NCBI GenBank assembly: GCA_043808095.1
Contig: JAZDFF010000015.1
Span: forward strand, 2,015-66,014
Direction: 5' to 3'
Source of the DNA: Candidatus Omnitrophota bacterium
GTDB lineage: Bacteria; Omnitrophota; Gorgyraeia; JAZDFF01
DNA: 64,000 nt
Position numbers and translations under genes: made by a program. Below the pieces are notes generated by a model. The model had not been told where the DNA came from. It was given only the letters and a program-made list of their open reading frames with translations, and searched no databases. Positions 9,288 to 17,237 of the stretch are shown piece after piece. Positions within the stretch are counted from its first letter, which is position 1. Every line of letters starts with the position of its first letter.

Positions 9288-10232
9288 ATGGTAAAAAAAA
9301 TCCCAGTTGGAGTTATCGGAGTAGGCTATTTAGGGCTTCGGCATGCCCAGACTTATAAACAACTGCCCCAGGCCGAGCTTGTGGCTATCTCGGATATTGA
9401 TGAACATAGGCTTAAGGAGGCATCTTCAACTCTAAATGTAAATAGCATTAGCCAATACCGAACGCTATTTAGCAAGGTAAAGGCAGTCAGTATCGCCACC
9501 CCCACCATCACCCATTATGAAATCGCCAAAGACTGCCTTAGGCACGGAATTGACGTCCTCATTGAAAAACCCATTACCACTGGCCTTGTTGATGCTGCCT
9601 CATTAATCAAACTCGCCCAAAAAAACAAGCTCATCTTACAAGTCGGCCATGTTGAGAGATTTAACAGCGCTTTTTTGGCGGTCTCAAAAATAGCCAAACA
9701 CCCCCGTTTTATCGAATGTCACCGCTTAAGCCCGTTTCCCGGCAGGTCCCTGGATATCGGCGTGGTCGAAGACCTGATGATCCATGATATCGATATTATC
9801 CTGGGCCTGGTAAAATCCGAAATTAAAGAAATCTCTGCTGTGGGCGTAAATGTCCTGACGCCTTTTGAAGATATTGCCAATGCCCGGCTGGTCTTTAAGG
9901 ACGGCTGTGTCTGTAATCTGACCGCCAGCCGTATCAGCGACGAACCCATGCGTAAATTCAGGATTTTTTTAGAAGATACCTATATATCTTTGGATTACAA
10001 AAACCAGGCGGCGGATGTCTATAAAAAGATAGGCGGTAAAATTCATAAAACCCAGCTTCCTGTTGAAAAAGACCAGCACCCTCTGAAAAGAGAACTGCAT
10101 TCCTTTCTCGACTGTGTCGCCAGCCGTCAATGCCCCACGGTTTCCGGCATCGAGGCCTTTAAAGCGCTATCTGTAGCCTTAAAGATTAAAGAGAAGATCC
10201 GTCGGAATATCGAGAAATCTGGTAGAAAATAA
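9288..10232 (+). CDS. Gfo/Idh/MocA oxidoreductase, GnnA-like (UDP-GlcNAc 3-dehydrogenase)
   Basis: GVGYLG Rossmann motif, EKPI, GHVERFN, DLMIHDID; directly upstream of lpxB. Confidence 0.8.
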   Translation: MVKKIPVGVIGVGYLGLRHAQTYKQLPQAELVAISDIDEHRLKEASSTLNVNSISQYRTLFSKVKAVSIATPTITHYEIAKDCLRHGIDVLIEKPITTGLVDAASLIKLAQKNKLILQVGHVERFNSAFLAVSKIAKHPRFIECHRLSPFPGRSLDIGVVEDLMIHDIDIILGLVKSEIKEISAVGVNVLTPFEDIANARLVFKDGCVCNLTASRISDEPMRKFRIFLEDTYISLDYKNQAADVYKKIGGKIHKTQLPVEKDQHPLKRELHSFLDCVASRQCPTVSGIEAFKALSVALKIKEKIRRNIEKSGRK

Positions 10233-10251
10233 GGATGAAATAACTGATCAA

Positions 10252-10461
10252 AATTTCTAATTCCTAATGCCGAATGCCTAATGAATGCTTAAATTCTTAA
10301 ATGAATAATTTCGCATTAGACATTTAGACATTAAAAAATTAATTAGAAATTAGCCTGCTTGCCCCGAGAAATTCGTAGAATTTCCGGGACTAAAGTCTTT
10401 AGGAATTTTACAAAGTAAAATTCCTAAGGTCCGTCAGGCAGGGATTTAGTAATTAGTCATT
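10252..10461. repeat. mirror array, CTAAT/ATTAG type, with a split CCTGC..GCAGG element enclosing further hairpins
   Basis: TTTCTAATTCCTAATG... / CATTAG..ATTAGAAATTAG. Confidence 0.65.
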
Positions 10462-10466
10462 AAAAT

Positions 10467-11612
10467 ATGTCTAAGAAAATTATTATAGTGGCCGGTGAGG
10501 CCTCCGGGGATTTACACGCCAGCCTCCTGGTCAAATCCCTAAAAAGCGCTAGCAACGTCAATATGGAATTCTTTGGTCTGGGTGGGACTAAGATGCAGGA
10601 GGCAGGCGTCCATATCTATTACAACACCATCGACCTTGCGGTAGTAGGAATCTTTGAGGTCTTAAAAAATCTCGCTAAGTTCAAGGAGATCTTCCGGCAA
10701 CTGCTTTATAAGATCGATGAAATAAAACCTGACCTGGTTATCCTCGTGGACTACCCCGGATTTAACCTTCGCCTGGCCAAAGAGGTCAAAAAAAGAAATA
10801 TCCCTCTAATCTACTACATCTCTCCGCAGGTCTGGGCCTGGGGAAGGTCGCGCATAAAACAGATTAAAAAATATGTTGATAAGATGATCGTTATCCTGAG
10901 GTTTGAGGAGACCTTTTATCAGTCTTACGGGGTTGATGCCGTATTCGTCGGCCATCCGCTTCTAGATATTGTTAAAACTAATTTTAATAAAGATGAGTTA
11001 TTAAACTCACTTTTACTTGATAAAAAAAATACCACCATTTCTATGCTGCCCGGCTCAAGAGAAACAGAGGTAAGGACGCTGCTTCCGATAATGCTTGAGA
11101 CAGCCAGGCTTATCTCTAAAAAATTACCCGAAAGTCAATTTCTGATTTTAAAATCCGCCTCTTTAAAAGAAGGGTTGTTTCAGGCCATTATGGCAAGATA
11201 CCCCCAGATTAATACGAAGCTCATCAACAACCTGACCTATGAAGGGATAAATGCATCAAACCTGGCCATTGTCGCCTCGGGAACCGCCACACTTGAGACG
11301 GCAATACTGGAAAAACCTATGGTTATTGTCTATAAGGTAAATTTTTTAACCGGATTATACTTAAGGTGGGCAATTAAAATTCCCTACGTAGGATTAGTAA
11401 ATGTAATTATGGGAAGGAAATTTATCCCTGAATTTATCCAGTACCAGGCAAGGCCCGGTAAAATCGCCAGGGAAGTTTTATCCATTCTTGGGGATTCAGA
11501 AAGAATCGCGGCTTTAAAAAGGGAACTCCGTTTCTTAAAAAGCCAACTGGGTTCTTCAGGAGCTACCGAGCGCGCAGCCAAAGAAATATTAAAATTTCTC
11601 GCCAAAAATTAG
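10467..11612 (+). CDS. lpxB: lipid-A-disaccharide synthase
   Basis: AGEASGDLH, VDYPGFNLRL, SPQVWAW, LPGSR, SGTATLE. Confidence 0.97.
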   Translation: MSKKIIIVAGEASGDLHASLLVKSLKSASNVNMEFFGLGGTKMQEAGVHIYYNTIDLAVVGIFEVLKNLAKFKEIFRQLLYKIDEIKPDLVILVDYPGFNLRLAKEVKKRNIPLIYYISPQVWAWGRSRIKQIKKYVDKMIVILRFEETFYQSYGVDAVFVGHPLLDIVKTNFNKDELLNSLLLDKKNTTISMLPGSRETEVRTLLPIMLETARLISKKLPESQFLILKSASLKEGLFQAIMARYPQINTKLINNLTYEGINASNLAIVASGTATLETAILEKPMVIVYKVNFLTGLYLRWAIKIPYVGLVNVIMGRKFIPEFIQYQARPGKIAREVLSILGDSERIAALKRELRFLKSQLGSSGATERAAKEILKFLAKN

Positions 11613-11616
11613 TCTC

Positions 11617-12771
11617 TTAAAATTTTCCGACAAACCTCTTCATCCTCTCCAAGGCCTCTTTAAGACTATCTAAACTTGAGGCATAAGAGATACGGATGTA
11701 GCCTTCTGCGCAGGCCCCGAATGCGACTCCGGGCACAACCGCAACACTCTCCTCTTTAAGAAGGCGTCTGGAAAACTCTAAAGAACTCAAGTTGGTGGAT
11801 TTCATAGAAGGGAATATATAAAAAGCACCTTGGGGCTTGGTGCACTTCAGGCCGATTTTATTTAAGCCCTGCCAGATGAATTCCCGGCGTCTCAGGTACT
11901 CCTTTTTCATTTCCTCGACGGATTTTCTTCCGCTGACCAGCGCCTCACATGCAGCCATCTGGCTGGTTATCGGAACGCACATTATGGTATATTGATGGAT
12001 CTTGGTCATTGCGCTAATTACGTCTGAGGACCCGCAGGCAAAACCAACGCGCCATCCGGTCATAGCATAACCTTTGGAAAAACCGTTAAGACAAATAGTG
12101 TTTTTCTTTGCGCCGGGTAAAACCGCAAAAGGCACATGTTCAAAATCGTAAGTAAGGTCCCCATAGATCTCATCAGAAATACAGAGTATTTTATTCTTAA
12201 GTAATATTTTATTAAGCTGGCCTAATTCTTTCCTAGTGTAAGAAACTCCTGTGGGATTTGTGGGATAATTTAAGATAATGGCCTTGGGCTTTGGGCCGAC
12301 AAATTTTTCCAATAGTCTTGGCGTAAGTTTAAAACCGGTCTTTGTGGTATCAATATAAACAGGTACGCCACCTGCGAGCTCTGTAAGCGGACCATAAGAA
12401 ACATAGCTTGGAACAGGAATCAGGATTTCATCGCCTGGATTAATTAGTGCCCTTAAAGCAAGGTCCAGACCTTCGCTTGCTCCTACGGTAATCAGGATAT
12501 CATCTTCCGGGCTATAATTAAGGCTGTATCTGTTTTTTAGATAACGACTGATGCTTAGCCTTAACTTATAAAGCCCTTTATTTGAGGTATAACTAGTGTA
12601 GCCCTGCTCCAGGGAATAAATCCCGGCCTCGCGGATCTGCCAGGGCGTGACAAAATCAGGCTCACCGACCCCCAGAGAGATAACATCCTTCATCCCCAGG
12701 ACCAAATCAAAGAATGCCCGGATACCCGAGGGTTGCATCTCTTGAACTTTTTTAGAAATAATCATTTTCAT
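11617..12771 (-). CDS. class I/II PLP aminotransferase
   Basis: ISLGVGEPDF, NYPTNPTG, SDEIY, GFSKGYAMTGWRVG; paired with an Lrp regulator. Confidence 0.92.
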   Translation of the reverse strand: MKMIISKKVQEMQPSGIRAFFDLVLGMKDVISLGVGEPDFVTPWQIREAGIYSLEQGYTSYTSNKGLYKLRLSISRYLKNRYSLNYSPEDDILITVGASEGLDLALRALINPGDEILIPVPSYVSYGPLTELAGGVPVYIDTTKTGFKLTPRLLEKFVGPKPKAIILNYPTNPTGVSYTRKELGQLNKILLKNKILCISDEIYGDLTYDFEHVPFAVLPGAKKNTICLNGFSKGYAMTGWRVGFACGSSDVISAMTKIHQYTIMCVPITSQMAACEALVSGRKSVEEMKKEYLRRREFIWQGLNKIGLKCTKPQGAFYIFPSMKSTNLSSLEFSRRLLKEESVAVVPGVAFGACAEGYIRISYASSLDSLKEALERMKRFVGKF

Positions 12772-12775
12772 TTTT

Positions 12776-12890
12776 GTTACTATTGGTTACTATGGATTAC
12801 TAAATGCCGGCTTAAAAAAGTCTTGTTACTAAGGGTTACGTAACTTTTGGTAACAGCGAAGCGTAGTAACTTTCAGTAACCTTTAGTAAC
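12776..12890. repeat. mirror array, GTTACTA/TAGTAAC type
   Basis: 5 forward units and 5 reverse units. Confidence 0.8.
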
Positions 12891-12901
12891 TTTTCTTAAA
12901 C

Positions 12902-13387
12902 TCAATACGATATTGCTATTCTTTTATTTTCTTCTTTTCTCTTTAGAATTACTCCGTCTTCTTTATATTTCTTTAATAAAAAGTGCGTCACGGTACCGCG
13001 TACATTTTCCATGGGCGAAAGTTTCTCGGCTACAAAACTAGCTACGGTGTGAATATCACGACCCTCAACCACTAAAAGCAGATCATAGGTCCCTGAGAGG
13101 AGATAACAACTGGTTACCTCAGGAAACTGATAAATACGCTCTGCCAAATGGTCGAACCCTAAGTCTTTCTGAGGCACGACATTTACCTCAATAAGCGCTC
13201 TAACGCCAGAATCGCGATCGCGCATCAATTCTTTATTGATTACGGTCTTATACTTTAAAATGACCCCGTCCTTCTCGTATTTCTTTATCGCCTCTCTTAC
13301 CTTATTTGTTTTTTTCTTGGTGAGTCCGGCAATCTCTTCGGGGCTAATACGCGCATCGTTTTCTAATAATTCTAATATCTTGTCCAT
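12902..13387 (-). CDS. Lrp/AsnC family regulator
   Basis: ILELLENDAR HTH and RAM domain (YLLSGTYDL); start at MDKILE behind a GGGAGGG SD. Confidence 0.92.
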   Translation of the reverse strand: MDKILELLENDARISPEEIAGLTKKKTNKVREAIKKYEKDGVILKYKTVINKELMRDRDSGVRALIEVNVVPQKDLGFDHLAERIYQFPEVTSCYLLSGTYDLLLVVEGRDIHTVASFVAEKLSPMENVRGTVTHFLLKKYKEDGVILKRKEENKRIAISY

Positions 13388-13501
13388 CTTTCCCTCCCTT
13401 GCAACCGCAAAAAAAAAACGCAAAATAATCCCTAAAATAAGCGCTCTTTGCAAATAACGCAAAATTTTTGCGGATTTTGCGGAAAATTATTCATTTATAA
13501 C

Positions 13502-13924
13502 TTAAAGATTATTTACAATTCTTTTTATATCCAGTCTTTTCTTAGCAAAATTTAATATCAGCCCTAGCCTCTTATTTGTTGTTTTAAGATAAGATATCAT
13601 TTGCGCCTCATGTATTTCATTTATTTCCGATACAGATTTTAACTCTATCATAACTTCATTTTCTATCATAAAATCTATACGTTGATACCCCAATTCTAAG
13701 TTTTTATAATGAACTCCTATATTTGCTTCTTCTACAAAATTAATCCCATTCTTTTTTAATTCATAGACAAGGGCTTTCTGATATATCTTCTCTACAAAAC
13801 CCGGGCCTAGATTCTTATGGACTTCAATTGTCAAACCAATTATCTTTTTACTGAGAGTATTGATTTCATCCTCAGTCATCCTGGTCATCTTTGCGATCTT
13901 TGCGGTTGCAATCTTTTTATACAT
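13502..13924 (-). CDS. GxxExxY protein (PD-(D/E)XK nuclease fold)
   Basis: LGPGFVEKIY, RIDFMIENEVMIELKS, GLILNF; true start may be ~13888 or 13879. Confidence 0.92.
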   Translation of the reverse strand: MYKKIATAKIAKMTRMTEDEINTLSKKIIGLTIEVHKNLGPGFVEKIYQKALVYELKKNGINFVEEANIGVHYKNLELGYQRIDFMIENEVMIELKSVSEINEIHEAQMISYLKTTNKRLGLILNFAKKRLDIKRIVNNL

Positions 13925-14636
13925 AACATATTCCCGGCCCCTGCCTTTTGTGCTCGGAGCCTTTAATAATCCTATTTACTTTACTTACCTTTTCTCTTGA
14001 AATAACCTGTTTCTTTTTATTTTCTAGCCGACTTAGGATATCATCCAATTCACTATAACTTATCCCCATCTCTGCCTCATCAGTCTGGCCAGGCCAAAGC
14101 CCGGCTGTAGGAAGTCTGTCGATAATGCGTCTGGGTATCCCCAATTCCCTGGCTAAATTAACCACCTGGCCTTTTAACAAATCTCCTAATGGTATAATAT
14201 CCGAGGCCCCGTCTCCGTGTTTAGTAAAATAACCTGTCATAAGTTCAACCTTATTGCTCGTTCCGCAGACAAGATAATTCATCTTATTAGCGAAATAATA
14301 TAAGACTAACATGCGTAGCCGTGGCTTGAGATTGCTCTTGGCTAGTTTATTTGCCGACGGCAAAACTCGAATCAGGGCATCATAAATCTTTGATACGTTG
14401 ACTTCCTTTGTCTTTATCCTGATTTTTTTCGCCAGAAACCTTGCATCATCCAGGTCTTGCCTTTGGCTATGACAGGGCAGAATCAATCCCAGGACTTTAG
14501 TACCTGCAGCAAGTTTGCATAAAAAGGCACTAACGCTTGAATCCAGGCCTCCGCTTAAGCCCACAACAAAGCCATTTCTACCTGAATCTTTTAACTGTTT
14601 TCTTAGCCAATTAATGATTTTCTTTTTTATAACCAT
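13917..14636 (-). CDS. nadE: NH3-dependent NAD+ synthetase
   Basis: GLSGGLDSS, NLKPRLRM, GYFTKHGDG, PTAGLWPGQTDE; no glutaminase domain. Confidence 0.95.
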   Translation of the reverse strand: MVIKKKIINWLRKQLKDSGRNGFVVGLSGGLDSSVSAFLCKLAAGTKVLGLILPCHSQRQDLDDARFLAKKIRIKTKEVNVSKIYDALIRVLPSANKLAKSNLKPRLRMLVLYYFANKMNYLVCGTSNKVELMTGYFTKHGDGASDIIPLGDLLKGQVVNLARELGIPRRIIDRLPTAGLWPGQTDEAEMGISYSELDDILSRLENKKKQVISREKVSKVNRIIKGSEHKRQGPGICYV

Positions 14637-14640
14637 ATAT

Positions 14641-14744
14641 AAATAATGATGCCCGTCTTATTAAACGGGCATCTTCGCCCCACTTGAAAGCCTATTCATA
14701 AGGGGCGCATCTATTTACGTTGCTGCCTGACGGTGAGACAGGCA
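14641..14744 (-). promoter_or_regulatory. structured nadE leader with terminator and overlapping alternative hairpin
   Basis: Terminator-like GATGCCCGT-TTAATAAG-ACGGGCATC-ATTATTT just before the ATG, overlapped by GGGC-GAAGAT-GCCC. Confidence 0.5.
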
Positions 14745-14802
14745 TATATTCTTTTATTCTTATGTATTTAAAATATGAAATAATCTAAACCAGGATAGAC
14801 TG

Positions 14803-14985
14803 CTATTTCTTCTTCTGTCCTTCTAATAGCATCATAGTTATGCCCAACAGGAGAAAGGTATTGGTCAGAATTAAAAGCGATTGCGACGCTACCCCATAGA
14901 CCGGATTCATAGTCACGCGAGAAATCGCTGCCACTAGAAGTAAAATCATCGCTGCTACTACAAATAGATTAGAAATTCCTTTCAT
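14803..14985 (-). CDS. small two-TM membrane protein, unknown function
   Basis: 60 aa, two hydrophobic helices, basic C-terminus, strong AAGGAGG SD. Confidence 0.7.
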   Translation of the reverse strand: MKGISNLFVVAAMILLLVAAISRVTMNPVYGVASQSLLILTNTFLLLGITMMLLEGQKKK

Positions 14986-15011
14986 ATCTAATCCTCCTTT
15001 CCTTTATAAAT

Positions 15012-15149
15012 AGGGCTTCACAAAAATCGTTCAGCCCTTGATTACAGAGATTAAGAATAGATTCCAAAGATTAGTATTCGAAGATAAATCGCTGTAATCT
15101 TTTTTAAAATCACTGGAATCATAGGCTGGAACGACTTTCATGACAGCCT
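15012..15149. repeat. GATTACAG-type element, homologous to 22833-22971
   Basis: AGGGCTT.ACAAAA.TCGTT..GCCCTTGATTAC.GAGATTA ... AAATCGCTGTAATC...AAAATCACTG.AATC in both copies. Confidence 0.8.
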
Positions 15150-15194
15150 ATTATAAACCTACTTTAGTTATTATATAAATATATATAGCCTGTG

Positions 15195-17024
15195 TCAATT
15201 GTTTTCTTTATGGACCTTATCCTCATTTGAGGCGGTATTTAGCCTGGCCCCAGAAGCAGCGGTCGCAGATTCTATATAAAGATTGGGGTAGTCAAAAAGA
15301 TCAACTGGGCGGCCTTTTTCCAATTTACTTCCAGAAGGGCTATAAAGGATATTTAAAAAGCGCGGAAAACCGCTTTCAACATCAACTACTTCAGCAATCT
15401 CCTGGTTATTGAGCTTGACCAGACTTCCTATAGGATAAACAGAAATTTTTTCCACTAAGGCCTTTACTATATTGGGATCAAATAATCTAACTGTCTCATT
15501 TTTAATCACCTTCATTGCCTCATAAGGGCTAACCGCTTCTTTCCAAGGCCGAAGATGGGTCATCTCCTCAAAGGCGTCGCACACAGAAACAATTTTTACC
15601 GAATCCTGTAATTGGTCTGCCTTAAGCCCTTCTGGATAACCGCTGCCGTCCAGGCGCTCATGATGGGAAAAAGCAATACTCCTTACTATTTCAGGAAGAA
15701 ATTTTGCCTGCTCCAAAATTTGCTTTGAATAAACGGGATGCTTCTTAAGTTCTTCATGTTCGTGCTGGAGTAATATAGCGGACTTTAAAATAATGCCTTT
15801 AAATCTAACAAACCCGATATCATGCAGGAACGTACCCCTTCCTAAATCAGTGAGTTCCTGAAGATCAAACCCCAGCTTTATTCCAACTATAAGGGAAAGT
15901 ATAGTCACATTTAATATATGGCAATATAAATACGCCTGTTCGTTATCCTTGTTGGCCAATTTTATTAAATTGCGATCGTCTTTTTTTAGCGCCTCGATTA
16001 ATTGCTCGATAAAAAGATCAACGGCCTTATAATCCAATAACTCATCTTTTTCTGCGCGATTAAATATGTTTTCTGCCAAAACAAGGCCATTGTGATAAAA
16101 CTGCTCAGCCTCCTTTTCATTTCCTTGCGCCTTAAGAGGTTGTTTTGCTATCTCCTCCTGCCTGGGGGTAGATATCTTTTTATCTTGGCCGTGCCTGGTA
16201 ATTTCAACGCCTAAAGTCGAGGTCTGGGCCTGGATAATGCCAACATCGATTATCGTGGCTTTGTGAGTGAATCCTGTCAGGAGGCTTAACTCACAAATAC
16301 GATTTATGCGCCGAGGAATCCCGCCGCTAGATTCATAAATAACAGAGACAGCCTCGGGTGTAAAAATAGGCTCTTTTCTTCCAGCAACAGCCAAGCGGTG
16401 ATCAATGTAATTTTTTGTCTCATCATAATTTAAGGCATCGAGATGGCTTTTTACGGCAATCCTCTGTTCAAATTGTTTTATGCCATCGATCTTTTGTCTT
16501 AAATCGGATTGACCAACCAATATCAACGTTAGCAGGAATTTATCCATAAGTTGAAAATTTAAAAGCATGCGTAACTGTTCAAAAATCTTAGGATCATCTA
16601 TGATATGGGCCTCATCAATAATTACAATGGTATTTTTACCATCATCATGGTTGTTGTATAAAATATTCTTGATGCTCTCAAGGGCCAGGGATTCCGCAAA
16701 AGAGGATGCCCCGGACTTATGAATCAGGTCTTTATCGCCAAGGCTCATTCCAATATTAACTAAATTTTCTGCAGAGGTTGAGCGGGGATGGGTAATAAAG
16801 GCAACCCTGAATTTCTCGGGGTTCAATTCCTTTAAAAGGGCATTGGCAATAACCGTCTTACCGCAACCAAATATCCCGGTAAGCATGGCCGCGCCCAACA
16901 TCTCCTGCGCGCAATAGGTCAATTTTAATAAGGCATCCTTGTGCTGGGGAGAGTAATAAAGAAACTTGGGATCCGGGCTGTTACGGAAAGGTTTCTCGGT
17001 TAGGCCCCAATATGCTTCATACAT
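15195..17024 (-). CDS. ExeA-like AAA+ ATPase fused to an HD-GYP phosphodiesterase domain
   Basis: MYEAYWGL..KPF, Walker A TGIFGCGKT, Walker B IIDEAH, GGIPRRIN; C-terminal LHDIG, HHERLDGSGYPEGL, CDAFEEMT..RPWK. Confidence 0.9.
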   Translation of the reverse strand: MYEAYWGLTEKPFRNSPDPKFLYYSPQHKDALLKLTYCAQEMLGAAMLTGIFGCGKTVIANALLKELNPEKFRVAFITHPRSTSAENLVNIGMSLGDKDLIHKSGASSFAESLALESIKNILYNNHDDGKNTIVIIDEAHIIDDPKIFEQLRMLLNFQLMDKFLLTLILVGQSDLRQKIDGIKQFEQRIAVKSHLDALNYDETKNYIDHRLAVAGRKEPIFTPEAVSVIYESSGGIPRRINRICELSLLTGFTHKATIIDVGIIQAQTSTLGVEITRHGQDKKISTPRQEEIAKQPLKAQGNEKEAEQFYHNGLVLAENIFNRAEKDELLDYKAVDLFIEQLIEALKKDDRNLIKLANKDNEQAYLYCHILNVTILSLIVGIKLGFDLQELTDLGRGTFLHDIGFVRFKGIILKSAILLQHEHEELKKHPVYSKQILEQAKFLPEIVRSIAFSHHERLDGSGYPEGLKADQLQDSVKIVSVCDAFEEMTHLRPWKEAVSPYEAMKVIKNETVRLFDPNIVKALVEKISVYPIGSLVKLNNQEIAEVVDVESGFPRFLNILYSPSGSKLEKGRPVDLFDYPNLYIESATAASGARLNTASNEDKVHKENN

Positions 17025-17235
17025 TTGTAAATTCCTTTATCCAACTAATTTTTAGTATCGGATGCATACGGATTTTAGCGCCTGCCTGCCGGCAGGCAGG
17101 GATTCGGGCGGATAAATTCTTATCCGCGACATCCGTAACCATCCGTTTGAATCCGTGATAAAACATTTGAGTTATTAACTGGTCTGATGTATTTTCATAA
17201 GGTTGTTCGGTTAACCCCCAATATGCTTCATACAT
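17017..17235 (-). pseudogene. ExeA N-terminal stub 1 (72-aa ORF)
   Basis: MYEAYWGLTEQPYENT then unrelated repeat-derived sequence; stop overlaps the ATG of the full ExeA-HD-GYP gene. Confidence 0.6.
17025..17183. repeat. CGGATG/CATCCG-type element with CCTGCCTGCCGGCAGGCAGG; near-identical to 19958-20120
   Basis: Long identical run ATTTTTAGTATCGGATGCATACGGATTTTAGCGCCTGCCTGCCGGCAGGCAGGGATTC. Confidence 0.85.
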
Positions 17236-17237
17236 AT

